Shown: one piece after another, positions 37,445 to 50,374 of the stretch | Layout of the letters: each line of letters starts with the position of its first letter | Numbering within the stretch: position 1 is the first letter of the stretch | NCBI GenBank assembly: GCA_016748015.1 | Contig: JAAOMT010000076.1 | Span: 1-64,000, forward strand | Reading direction: 5' to 3' | Source: Geosiphon pyriformis uo1 | Lineage: Eukaryota > Fungi > Glomeromycota | Length of the DNA stretch: 64,000 nucleotides | Made by a program: the position numbers and the translations under genes | Notes under the pieces: model-generated | What the model was told of the DNA's origin: nothing | Database searches by the model: none | What the model saw: only the letters and a program-made list of their open reading frames with translations

Positions 37445-40400
37445 CTAATCTTGTCTCATTCTTGAGAGACAATCAACATTGGTATGAAGTTTTCCTGGTT
37501 TGTGGTGTACAATATATCGGTAGTTGGCTAAAAATTCTGTCTATCAAGTTTGTTTTGCATTTAGCTGAGTGTTTTTGTTCTAAAGCCATTTGAGTCCAAT
37601 ATTATTAGTGATAATATCGAATTCTTTGGGTCTGAAGTAAAGATTAAAGTGATGTAGGGCCCAGATTACTACTGCAGTTTCTAATTTTGTTGCAAGGTAG
37701 TTCTTTTCAGCTGGTTTCAATGTTCTGCTAGCATAAGCAATTATTTGCTCATTTCCATTGTCATCTAACTGTGATAGAATGGCACCAAAGGCAGTATAAG
37801 AAGCATCTGTTGTTAACCAGAATTGGTTGCTGAAATCTGGGTAGGAAAAAATTGGAGCTGTCATTAGTTTTTCTTTGAGGATTTCAAATGCATTTTGGTG
37901 TTCAGCAGTTCATTTGTATTTGATGTTTTTGGTGGTAAGCTGGTTGAGAGGTTTTGCAATTTCTGAGAATCTTTTGATAAACTTCCGATAGTAGAAGGCT
38001 AACTCTATGAATCCTCTTAGTTCTGTAGTGTTTTGAGGAGTTTTAAAGTTTTTGACAGCATTGATTTTTCCAGAGTCTGGTTTGATTCTATCTTTACTAA
38101 TGATATGACCAAGAAAGGCCAAGCTTGTTTTTCCAAAGTAGCATTTTTCAATGTTGAGTTTTAGTTCTGCTTTTTGTAATCGTTGAAAAATTTTTCACAG
38201 GTGTTTTAAGTGTAATTTAAACAACGGAGAATAAACATCAGTATCATCAAGATAAATAACTACTGACTTTAAAAGGAGTTCTTTATATACAATATCCATT
38301 AATCTTTGAAATGTTGCTGGTGCATTGCATAATCTGAAAGGCATTACATTGAATTTGTAATTTCCTCCTTGGGTTGTGAAGACTGTTTTGGAACAATCTT
38401 TGGGGTCCATGACAACTTGCCAGTATCCGCTTTCTAGATTTAGTGTTGAAAAGTATTTGGCCTTTCCAAGGGCATCTAACATATCATTAATTCGGGGAAA
38501 GGGATAGGCATTTCCAATGGTGACACTGTTGAGTTGTCGATAATCAACACAAATTGTATCTTTCCATTTTTCTTTTTAACTAAGACTACAGATGAGGTCC
38601 ATGGATTCATTAATGGTTAAATAAGCCCATTGTTAAGCATCCATTGTACTTTTTCGCGGATAAATTAGTGACTTTCTGGAGCAACTTAGTAGGCTTGCTG
38701 TTACCTTAGTTTGGCATCTCTTGTATAGATTTGGTGTTAAGCCAAATTGGTTCTTCCTAAGTCATTGTTGTTTTCAGCAAAGATATTAGCAAATTCTACA
38801 ATTAACTCTTTGAGCTGGCTCTGTTGTTGTGGTTCAAGTTGTCTTATGTTGATTCGAGATAGTTTTTTTATGACAACATGGTAGTTTTCAGAGCTGTGGT
38901 TTGGGTTGATTTTTGGTAGTAAATGTTCAATAATTTCAGAGAAATTGGGGACTGTTTGGGGTAATTTTTGTTAAAAGATATTACTGTGAATAACTTCAAT
39001 TTTTAAGTTATTTAATAGAACTATGGGGTAATTATTGGGGTTGTAAAAAGTAACTCAGACTTTCTTTGTTCCTTCTGAAATGTAAATATTTGGGATCAAG
39101 ATATTATGTTCCAAGCAGATTCATTCATTAGACTCAAAAATTTGTTGGGTGGTTGTTGGCTTTGGGCAGGTATAGATTTTGGGATGTTCTCTGAAAGGTA
39201 AAATAGTGATTGGTTGGGAAAGGCATAAAATCTGGTAAGATTCATTCTGTTCATTAAGAGCTATGTTTACTGGAACTGTAAATTGTCCAGTTGAACCAAA
39301 ATTTTGTGTTCCTCTTTCGCTTTTTCCCAATTGTTCTCTTTGATTGACTAACTGTAAGCCTGAAATATTAATTAAGAGTAAATAGATAGCTTGAGCAATT
39401 TTTTCGGCATGTTCAATTTTGAAAGGTTTATCGGTTTCATTTTGGAGTATTACTGTTATGTTACCAGTATATCCAGCATCAATTATTTCTCTTTTGACAT
39501 TGATTCCTTTGCTTGCCAGAGAGGACCGGGAGGCAATTTGAACTATTGCTCCTGGCAGGATTTTGAGAGCAATTTTGAGGTTGATTTTTGTGAGAGATTT
39601 GGGTTTAAGAACAAAAGTATCCTTGTCTGGATATCTTAAATCATATCCAGCATCAATTTCATGTGCTTTTTCGGGTTTTATTTCTTGTCCATTGTTGTTG
39701 AAGTATTTGAGTTGTAAGGCAGACTGATTTTCGATGAAATAGATAGGTGTTGCTTCAATTTTTTCTGTTGTTTCAGGTTCTTCAAATTCAATTTTGTTTT
39801 CATCATTTTTACTGGGCAGGGAAATGTTAAGAGCATAGCATTCAGGGCACCATTGCTCATTGCAAGACATTATGCATTTTTCACACAATTTAATGTTTAT
39901 TTGCTCTAGCCATTGGGCTTGAGTTTCTTTGGTCGAGTAAGTGTAACTGGCAATTTGGTGATATACTTCTACTTCATCTTCGTAGTTGTATCCAGTGATT
40001 TTAAAAGTGTATACAATGTATTCTGATTCTTTTATTTGACAAACATTTTCTTAAGTGGCTCTATTGATTAAAGCTATTGCTAGATTGAAAATCATTTTGG
40101 CATCATGAGGGTAATAGTACAGTTTGTTGAGGGCGCTGTTGTAAGCAGCATTAAAAGGGGTTCCTCTTGTTACTTTTTCTGAGATTAAAAGGGCATATTG
40201 GCATGTTTGATTGCAGATTCTTTCTCTGAATGCAACATTAATCCAGTCGCATTCATCAGGTAATTGTTCTCCACAAGTCAAACAGGGTGTTCTGTCCCAT
40301 TTTTCACTTCTTTTGACTAGGTGTCCCCATCATTTTTGGTGGCAGAATTTGCAATAGTAACAGGTATAGTTTCCATATTCTTCCTTGGGTAAAATACAAG

Positions 40401-43076
40401 TTCCCATTAATAAGAGTTTTTTGTGGCAATCTTTACATTTGAGTGGAATGTAAGAGTGTTGTTTTTGTGGTTCTGATTTTGAATAGGGAACATTCTATCT
40501 GGGTGTCACTGGTTCTTTTGTTTCAAGAGAATTGTTTGTTGAAAAATACTGTTGTTCAGTTTCATCAGCCCAATTGGAGGTTGATCCAAGTGCCATAAAT
40601 GTTTCAATAATGGGTTTTTCTCTTTCCAGTTCAAATTTAAAAGCTGGGGCTTTTTTGAAGCATTTGTTGAATGTACCACAAGTGGCAGGTATTCAGGTGT
40701 GTTGTCCTTGATAAGAGATTGTTAACTCTTGTGTCTTCCAATTTAGATTAGTGTTGGCTTTTTGGAGCCAATCATTTCCAATGAGAGCTTGGTATTGGGG
40801 AGCATCCATGACCAGAACTTTGACTGGAATGGTGATTTCATCGATTGTAAATAGAAAGTTGTCAATTTCTTCTACTGAAGTCTTTTTCATGCCATCAGCA
40901 GTGACAATTACTGTCTGAGCTGGTTGGTCAACATTTCTTTTTAACTGTTGCATCAACTGGTAGGTGATGATGCTTCCAGCAAATTCACTGTCTAGGATCA
41001 AGCAAATTGTCTTTTCTTCAACTTCTGCTTTGGTATACATAGCAGTGATTGCTTTTTGTTTGTTGGTGGCTGCATTGCTAAGCAGGAATGGTGACTTATT
41101 TGTTTCGAACTCAAAAGGAAATATATCTGAAAGGTTGGCATTTTCAGCAATTCTGGCTGATGGGATTGTGGTAGAAGTATAGAAAGGGTTTTGTTGTTGT
41201 GCTGCAGCTCTACCTTCTGAGAGTACAATATGGCAAAAATCCTGTTTTTTTGGCATCATAAGATAACTAAGTTGAGTATGATAGTAGTTGAGTCTATGTT
41301 GATTCGAATTTTGAGTGGTTAATTGGTTGTTGGAATTTAATCTGTTGTTGTTTGTTGGAAAACAGTTTTGTGGTGTAAATTGATTATGTTAAACCAATCT
41401 TCTAGCTGGCACTTGATATTGTGATGTGAATGGTTGTTAATACTGTTGTTGAATTAGTTGTGGAGCAGGTTGATAATAGTGGTTTGAATATTGTGGCCTT
41501 GGTAAATATTGAGCTAGTAGTGGTGGATAATATGATTGTTGTGGTTGAGGATAACGTTGATTATTCCTCTGTTGTTGGTCTCATTGCAATTTTCTACAAT
41601 TGCTTTTCCAGTGTTCTGGAATTCCACAATAATAACAATTTTGGATTTGGTTGTTGGATGGTAGTCCGAAGTTGTTTTGATTGCATTATTGTGGGAGTTG
41701 GTATCTTTGTAGTTGTTGTGATTGCTGCGGCAGCTGTTGTTGCTGTTGGTTGGTGAAGTAGTTTTCAATTTTCTTGGTTAATTGGTCAATCTTTTCTTCA
41801 GCTGCTAAGCTGGTTTTGCCAATAGCCAGGTTAACAAGTTTGGTATGGTTGGCTTCTTCTATGGCCATTTCATAGTTTTTTGCCTGTTGAATAGCAATAG
41901 CTAAATCTTCTGGTACATGTGGGCAAACTTTCTTGATAAGTTTGTCTTTTAGTTCAGCAATGAATTGATCCAAGATTTGTGCATTGGAGTAGTATTCATT
42001 GGTTTCTAATTGGCAAATTCTTCTAAGCAGTTTGTTGAATTTCCCAAGATAGGTTATAACTGATTCACTTGGTTCTTGCTTGATATTTTGGAACTGATTT
42101 TGAAGAGTGATGGAAGTGTTATTGTCAGTGAACTGTTTTAGAAAAGCAGTTTTGAATGCTTCCCAGTGTTTTGGTGGGGCTTCTAAGTTTTCAAACCATT
42201 CACCGGCCATTCCTTGTAAGAAGTATGGAATTGCTTTTAACATTCTGGTAGCATTGCAACCATTTGCATCTCCTGCTTTTAAAACTTTGTCAAGCCATTT
42301 TTAAGGACTGGTTTCACTGTCTTCTCCTGTGAACTCAGGAATTTTTGCAATATATGTGGAGGCCATTTCTTCTTTGTTTTCTGAGTCTTCTGTTTTTTGT
42401 TCTGATTTGGTCTCTTCACTTTGATTTTCTGCTAAGTAGTCAATAAGGTTTGTGCTGGTTAATATTGGTTCCTGTTGTTGAATAGAACTTTTGGGTGACT
42501 GAAAATCTTCTATTTTTGAAAACCAAATAAGTGGTGAGTTTGGTGTTTGTGGTTGAGCAAGTGAAGCTAGAAATGGTGTGATTGAAAGTGGTAATTTAAA
42601 GCTGGTTTCTTGTTCTGGAGTTTGTAAATGTTTGGCAATGGTTTTAGGTGTATTGGAAATAGTTCTGAGTTTTTGTTTTCTTTTTCCTTTTTCTTCTTCT
42701 GTTTCTGATTCAAAACCAAGAGAAAATTTCTGTTCTACTGAGTAATTCTCTTCACAATACTGAATGATATTGAAGTTGAGTTCTTAGAAATATGTTTCAA
42801 GTGTTTGACTGTTAAAATCCTGAGTGTTTAGACGAGAGTGATATACTAAGCTTTCATATAAGTTGTGTCTAACTTTTGAAATGTTGTAGTCTCCAAATAG
42901 ATAATTGTTAATGCAATTTTCAATGTACTGGTAAAGTGTTTTCTTGAATGTTTCAATTCCGTCTGAGATGTTAAATCTCTGCTTGCAGTGAGTGTAGATT
43001 GACTGATAATACTCTAAAGTTCTTGGATCTGTTTGAGTCGCCACTTTTGAAGTTGTTGTTGTTGTGTTATTTCTAT
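37445..43076 (-). pseudogene. Element B gag-pol: capsid, CCHC, protease, Cys-rich domain, dUTPase, RT, RNase H
   Basis: ORF pieces 41686-42243 (capsid), 40693-41259 (PR, LILDS-AGS...LIGNDWL), 40051-40281 (Cys-rich) and 39121-39888 (dUTPase) share one frame. RT YLDD is in 38195-38482 after a 1-nt deletion near 38553. RH is in 37580-37864 (TDAS). Ends ..SRMRQD* (TAG 37445-37447). Confidence 0.92.
39280..39720 (-). other. Trimeric-type dUTPase domain inside the Ty3 polyprotein
   Basis: All five motifs are visible: DAGYDL, ASRSSLASKG, IIDAGYTG, AEKIAQ, SERGTQNFGSTG. Confidence 0.93.
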
Positions 43077-43090
43077 GGGAGAATACCAAA

Positions 43091-44059
43091 TGTTACCAGA
43101 GGTTTTTGGTCTCTTTTCTTGACTGTCTGTTGGTTGCAAATTCACATTTTCTAGAAGTAGTTGAACCTCTAATAACTGAATTTATCTTCAAATTATCTCT
43201 TATAATTTAAACTGCTGGGCTTATAAGTGGAATGGCCAATTCTGTGCCAGTTGTTTTGTGTAATTACATTGTAGTAAACATCAACTCTTTCCTAGGAATT
43301 GCTCATCTAGAAGCTCACTAAAAATGTGTAGTTACTTTGCTGTGAAAGTCAATTCTTCTACAGGAATCTTGTCTGTAGGCTACTCTAATAATTATAATAA
43401 GAAAATAAAAGAAAAAAAATAAAAAAAATGTAAAAGAAATAGAATTCTGTTAAGGAAAACGTTTTCTATCCAGACCTGAAGTCACTAACAGTTTACTGAA
43501 ATTGGTAGTTAATCAATTTCAAAACGTTAGTTGGGTTTTGAGAATTTTTCAAGTGCAATAATTAAAGAATTTTGTTTTTCAATTTATTTGATATTTTTTT
43601 TTGTGTATGTAAAAATGGTTTTAAGTGATAAATCTAAAGTAAAATACATTTTCTCGAAGAGAGAAGCTCTTCTTTTATACAACTTGTCGTAATACTATTC
43701 TATGAACTTGAACTTTGCTCTTTTCTACAATTTTATTGAACTAAAGATACATTTTGGCAAATTACAAGTTATTTCTGCGAACTATTAGATATTTCAGTGA
43801 ACTATCAATTATTTTGGCAAATTTCTACAAATTTTGGCGAACTTTTGAATGTTACATATTTTGGGGTATTGCATAATTGATCATCGCACTTAGGTTATAT
43901 TTGTGTTATGTACAAATTGGGTTATTAATTAAATGATAATTTCGGACATTTTGCTAATATAATAAGTAATAATTTGAAATGATAATATATGCTAATTAAT
44001 GATAAGATTTATAAGGGTAATTTTATGCTAAACAATATCTCTAATTTCGTCTGGTAACA
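43091..44059 (-). repeat. 5' LTR of element B (969 bp)
   Basis: TGTTACCAGAC...TCTGGTAACA, followed (minus strand) by TT-TGGTATTCTCCC. Confidence 0.94.
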
Positions 44060-46007
44060 ATGAAGTTTGCTTTCTAAAAATTTTTGAATGCTGCATTTTT
44101 GGTTGAATTTACAAGTTCTGTTTGTTTTGTCACTTTTAAAATTGCCAAGTCTTTGGTGGTTTCTAAGTCTAGTTTTTTTTCTGCTGTTGTTGTACTGTAT
44201 AATATGTCTTTGGGTGTATCTACTGTCAATATTAAGTCAGCTCTTAGTGTTTTTGGTAAAGTTTTTTATATTATAGTAAAATTTGTTGGTGTTTGGCAAT
44301 ACATAATTGTTTATTTTAATGAATTAGATGCTACTGTATTTGTTCTCAACTATTAATTAGTGTTGGTAAACAAAAATAGCATTTAAATTCTTCTCTTTGT
44401 GAATCAAAATAAGACTATTCTGTTTTGTAATAAGTTTAAGGCCAAGTTGGTTAATCTTTTTTTTGGTTGTACTGTTTTTGAGATTAATAATATGATTTTT
44501 CAAGTTAATGGTCAGGACTTGTTTTATTTTTTATTCACTTAATTCTGGTTATTGTTTCCAGTTTGCTCTAATTATATTTGGTTCTTAAGTTGATTTAGAT
44601 TCTGCAATTGTTAAGACTAATACACTAAAAAAATACCATATTTGGTAAAAAACTTCTAGTTATTAGTACTGCTTTAGATATCAAAAGATGAGCCATCTGG
44701 CTGTAAACTGTATAGTTTTCTTATTTTTTTCTCTTATAGCTTTCAAAATATTCAAATTGTGTTTTGTGGGTAATGTTTTTTATGCTAAGTTTTTTGCTTA
44801 TTTTGATTTTTTTGAATTTTTTCCTTTGGCAGCTTCTGCTTTTTCTTCTGTGGTTGTTGGTAATTCTCTGATTTTCTTTTGGCTGGTGTCTTTAGAGTCT
44901 GATTTAATTAAGTTATTAGCTTTGGTTGAATCAATTATTAAACTTATTGGTATATTGGTTATTATATTTAAATATTTTATTAAAGATAATCTTACTTTTA
45001 GCAGTGTTCTTAGTTTAAAGATCAATGAGCTTATGGTTCATTTGAATTCTTTTAGCAAGATTGTTAGTAAATTGGGAAGAGATGTGATTTCTTTAAAAAA
45101 AAATACTACATTAATAATGTTAATATGTTTAATAATTTGAAGCATTTGATAAATGTAAATAATAATATGTTTTCTAACTTAATGTTTCTTTGGTCACATG
45201 AGCCTATTACTATTAAAACTGACTTTTTGAAAATAGCTGAATAACTGGTTAAATTGGTTTCTTGTAGTATTACTTTGTTTAATATTATTTAAAAAATGTT
45301 ATTTTTGAGTAAGTTTTTTTCTGTTATATTTATTTAGTATAGTCTAAACTGGTTCAAATAGCTAGTTACATATAGAAAATGCATGAGTTATATTTAGTTG
45401 GATTCTTTTTTATGTTTCTGTATATTAGATAGTAGTTGAATTTTGTTTATTAAATCTAATTAAAAAAAATTTTCGTGATAGTAATTTTTAATTTTTTTTA
45501 ATAAATACAAAAACAAATTAATTAAACTTTAAAATGATAAAAAAACAAATAAAAGAAATATTTTTTATTTTTAATACTAAAATTAATATTTAATAAAAAA
45601 CTTATTAATTTATTAATATTTTTTTTATTTTTAAAGTGTTTATTTAAAGTTTAAAAAAGTTTTATTTTTACTATTTATTTTTAATTTATTATTAACTATT
45701 ACAAATATGTTTATTTCTTTTTATAAATTAATTTCTATATTATTAAATTAATTAATATTAATTAAACTACAATTTATAAAAGACTTGTTTAAAAATACTA
45801 TTAACTTATTGTTTAAGTTTTTAATATTTTTATTTATATTCTTTGGTTTTTACATAAAAAAATTATCAATAAAATCATAAATAATTTTTTTTAATTATAA
45901 TATTATTGATAATAATTATTAGTTTTAACATAAAAAATTAATGTCTTATAAAATATTAAAAAAGTAAAACAGTAAAACAAAATGCAAAAACTTTTTTTTT
46001 AAAAAAT

Positions 46008-48746
46008 TTTTTTTTTTTTTATTACGTTTAATGAGTGTAGTCCAAATGCGACCTAGTACTATACATTAATCAAATAATCTAAACTAGAAGCGAATCATGT
46101 ATTTCCACATATAACCAGCCATTCAGGCCAATTAGAACAACACTAAACACCTATATGAATGGAGACTACATCACAAATACCTGAAAAAAACAAACAAGAT
46201 TTGCGAAACCCGAAACCAATACCAACAGCATCAGCAATACCCAACAATCTAACCATGCTAGAAGAGAACACCATAAGAAAACTGGAGACCAGAACAGAAA
46301 TAAAACCATCATGTGGAATTAGCCCATTCTTCTCCATAAAAGCCCAGTGTTTAGCGTGGACCAGCCAAATATTATCCTGAAAAGACACACAAAACCTGCA
46401 TACAAAATCCACAATATTAGAAACTGCAACCATAGAATCTATAAAAACTGACAATGACTCCTGATACCAACCACCGAAAACAAAGCCCTTATACAGAGCT
46501 GTACTAACCGCAGCATCTGCAATGCAAATAGACAGCAACTGGGAAACACATGAAGAAGACCGGACCAAATCAAAATAAGCCTCCCAAGCCAACGCATGAG
46601 CAACAAACAACTGAGCACGACCTGCAGCATCAAATGGACAAAAAAAAATATGGTCTGAGACCTCAATGTCACCACAGAACAAACACACCACACTGGCATA
46701 GCACCTATCATACAAATGCTTCCACACAGCAACAGAAAGCTGATAATGAAGAGCCTTCATAAAGTAAGTCTGTAAGCCAGCAGTACATCTATTAATAAAA
46801 CCCAAAACCAAATGAGAGTCTGGATGCCATACCAAAGAGGACCACAACCAATCAATATTAGCATGCAAACTGACTGGGACAACTCATGAACCAGAACCAA
46901 CCTTCCAACATGCACGATGAACTAACCAAAAAACATTGCGAACAAAATGCCTAGAATTACCAGAAACTGCAACACCACCAGCCTTCAGAAACCTCTCACT
47001 AACCAAATGGGGCAGGTACCAAGCAGAAAAAGTAGTATCTTTGGCAAGCACATCAGCATGCTCATTGTCCAGAATGCCTGAATAACCTTTAACCTTAATC
47101 CAATTTACATCTAAATTTTTCTGACGAATGACATTGGCAATGTGGTGACACTCAATCCAACAACAATTTCTGAAGTCCAAACCAACCAACAAAGACTCTG
47201 ACCTACATGCATCCAAAGCTGCCTGGCTGTCTAAAAACAGGTTAACCAAGTGAAAAGGAGGAATACACTCCAGAGCCAGAACAATAGCCTGCAATTCCAT
47301 TAAAGTAGAAGAAACCAAACCAGACACACTCACACCCAAACTTAAAACAATGTCCTCAAAAAAAACAGCAGTACCAGTCTTTATGTCAACAGTACCCAAA
47401 TTACACAGAGACCTATCCATATACACAGAAAGATGGTCAGCACCAGCATTTGACAGATCATTACAAATGACACCAAAATCAAAAAATTGACAAACATCAA
47501 AAGGGTCAAGAAATTCTGCATGCAAAGAGCAATTGGAAGAAAAAGTAACATCATCAAGAAAACAAACAGACAGGTTAAACCAAAAGAGAACTGGGCCATG
47601 GAGGTCCAGTTTCTTCCAATGCTTGAAGGTCTTCCAAGCAAAAACAATACCATTCTGGTCATGGAGCTGTTCCATGAAGGTGATACCATATCGCTTGAGG
47701 GAAAACACACATTTAAAAAAAACCTTCTCACCAAGAACACAGGACATTGGGGTACCATCTCGAAGACAAAAAGCATTAGCCAGAGAGCCACCCAAAGATA
47801 AATCACACCCAGAAAAAATATGAACCACATCTGCCAAAAAGTTATTCAAAGGGCTAATACTAACACGAACTGGAAACAACAAAGGGTGATGAGGATGCCA
47901 GCTAAGAACCTGAAGGTCATGAGATCTATAAGAAAACAGACAGCCCAAAACACCAGCAGAATTCACAAAAGCAACAACAGATGCCAGTTTGCTCTCAGCC
48001 TGAACCTGTTTAAAAGTCTTTAAATTGTACAAAGAAGGATGATAAAGTGCATTATTGGGAAAGTTAAGTGGAAGCCCAGATTTAGATTTCAAACCCTTGT
48101 GAATCAGAGCATTCCATTTATTATACACATTGACTGAAATGAAACTGAATTGAGTCCTGTAGCCAACAATAAAAAAGAGAACTGAAAACACCAAATAAGC
48201 AAATTGCTTATCTGAAATTGCCTTTTTCAAAATGAGATTGACAAAAAACTGAACGTCCAAATGCGTCTTAGCCAAGCTGGGCCTTGAAAGACCTTCAGAA
48301 AACAAAAATATGCCCAGATAACGATGAAATTCCCTCTTCTTGGCAATAGAAATAGGCGAGCCACTGACAGTCAAAACTGGATTAACAACCCAACAATTGA
48401 TGAGAATGGCCACAGTTTTGTTGTTGTTAATTGAAATGTTATTAAACCTGAAAATTTCACTAGCAATATTAAGAATATATTGAGTAGCAGCCTGACTGCT
48501 ACCAACCCAAATCATATTATCAACAAAAACACCAGCAACCAGAAACAAAGTTAGCCCACTCTGAGATTCCACACAGCCAGTTTTGGAGACAAAATAAGAA
48601 ATCAAATGGTAACCACACATACTTTCCTGTTTTCTAATCTTATACAAGAGCAAATTATAAAATATACATCAAAGAAATGGCGAAAAAATCTCATCCTGAT
48701 CCAAACCATCATGAACATAGTAACCATTAGTCAACCCAAAATCTGT
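46008..48746 (-). mobile_element. 5'-truncated, relatively young LINE (RT C-half, RNase H, CCHC, 3' UTR, poly(A)) with a 10-bp TSD
   Basis: ORFs 46884-48653 (FVDNMIW, RNase H ..ELQAI..DSQAALD..KVKG-SG--NE-AD) and 46143-46868 (CLFCGDIEVSDHIFFC) are separated by one TGA. Poly(T) at 46008-46020. TSD TTTAAAAAAT at 45998-46007 and 48747-48756. Confidence 0.92.
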
Positions 48747-50374
48747 TTAAAAAATATTTGAAAAAAAAATAGAAATATTTAAAAAAAATGCTTTTATACC
48801 TATTTTTACAATTAAAAAATCTTTTAATTATTATAAAAAAATAAATATTGTTTTTTTATTAAAATTAAAAAAAAGTTTTTACAATATATAATAATTAAAA
48901 TTAGTATTAAAATTTTTTAAAATCCATAATTTAACACAATATTTCCAAATTATATGTGAAAAAAGAAAATTTCACTTTCAATTAATATTTATCCCATCTT
49001 TTAAGATCAGCCGATGATGAAAATGGCCTTCTTGTGTATCCTTAAAAATTAGAGTTTAGCCCATCACCTTAATTTTTCGATCGTCTTGACAGCATACCGC
49101 CGTTACCTTAAGTTTCAGGTGGGAAATAAATTAAAAAACCAAAAAACATTACTCCTACCCTTTGACACTTATTTCCCACTTAGGAGTGGTGAAATTTAAA
49201 ATGTATTATCTTCATTGACATCACCTGCTTAACCTTGTTGAAACGAATATCCCTAGTAAGTAGTAAATCAACTCGTAAGGCATGAAAGCTTCAAGCTTTT
49301 AAAAATATTTCTTTGCTTATTATTAGCAAGCTAGCATGATAAAACTAAAAGGAGTTTATGAACAAGTCAATAATTCATGAACTTAAGAACACTTAATTTT
49401 TTAAAAAACGAATGAAACTTCACTCGCTTTTGAATATAATTGGCTGATGTGGCAGGCTTAGATTTTAACTAGCGCTCTGCATGCCTTTCGGCTGAATATT
49501 TTAGTTAGCTGGCAATACTAACAACCCCAAATAGCATTTAATGGCTTCATCTCAACACCTTTCCGAGGAAACTATTATTCGATTTCATAATCTATCAACT
49601 TCCCATAACTTTCTCCGAGAATCGATAAACCATTTTTACTGATTAGATTTGCTTTTCTGAAACGATCGATTCTTTCAAAATCCACGTTCCAAACCTGTGG
49701 ATTTTGATGAAAATATAAAAGAAACTAATTCCATGATTCGTCGGTAATTTTATCAAACGATTAACAGGAAGGCAATTTATACCTCACATGTAAAATAGAA
49801 ATCATTACAACCAATACCCTGAGAATTTTGATGATGAATTGAAACACTCCTAATCACGAGCATTTAAAAATATTTGTGTTGAAAATTAATTTGAATAGGC
49901 CGCACAAGAAAAAAGTGACAAGGGTTCAAATAAATCCCAAGCATAGCTTGGGTTTTATTGATAATCCTTTCTGGGAGGGGGGAGGGGTTCCTATCTACAG
50001 ATAAATGGGGTTAACGTCTATTAGGGCAAAGCAAAAAGAAAGAATTACTTTTCAAAAGATTGCTAATCTCAAAAATAAATCAATAAAGAATTCGTTCGGA
50101 TAGTATTGATTTTAATCAAACGGCATTTTTACCACCAGAGTAGCAAAAGAGTGAAGAGAACGTAAAGTTACAGCTGGATAGAGTTCAGAGGTGGCTTCTT
50201 ATTTTTCGTCTTAGTTTTAAATGGAAAAAACAATGTTAAAATAGATGCTCATATGCAAATTTAAAAAATCCCAAGATCAAGTAAAAACTTATTGCAATTT
50301 TCCTTCAAAATCAATCGGAGAATTTTCACTAACTCTCATTTCATTATACACAAACCCTCTATTATTTGATTTTC

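Larger units (their letters stand above)
34221..44059 (-). mobile_element. Ty3/Gypsy LTR retrotransposon B (full-length, inactivated)
   Basis: LTRs 43091-44059 (5') and 34221-35202 (3'); PBS ~43073-43088; PPT GAGGAGGAGG at 35206-35215; 4-bp TSD ATGG/ATGA. Confidence 0.96.
33409..45468 (+). mobile_element. ORF1-only (HAL1-like) element, copy 2 (33409-34220 + 44060-45468), split by Ty3 element B
   Basis: ORF1 is continuous across B (KLFCM|EFAS). RRM-like segments, a degenerate CCHC at ~44670-44710, stop at 45335-45337, LINE-like 3' UTR and A8 at 45461-45468. About 2.2 kb in total, with no APE or RT sequence. Confidence 0.82.

Noticed and set aside
39121-39888. Free-standing host or horizontally acquired dUTPase gene
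   Set aside because: It is in frame with the Ty3 protease region and present at the same position in element A.
34221-44059. APOBEC-type editing during reverse transcription as the cause of hypermutation
   Set aside because: That would give strand-biased G>A changes shared by both LTRs. Here C>T and G>A co-occur, the LTRs differ independently, and TSDs are mutated too.
46159-48023. Plus-strand ORFs over the LINE, and the many other 60-130-aa antisense ORFs in the track
   Set aside because: They are shadows of TE coding strands with no domain motifs or cross-copy conservation.
49973-49987. G-rich tract GGGAGGGGGGAGGGG as a G-quadruplex, and nearby ATGATGA motifs as snoRNA C boxes
   Set aside because: Marginal G-run pattern; no properly spaced D box or terminal stem; nothing else supports an ncRNA.
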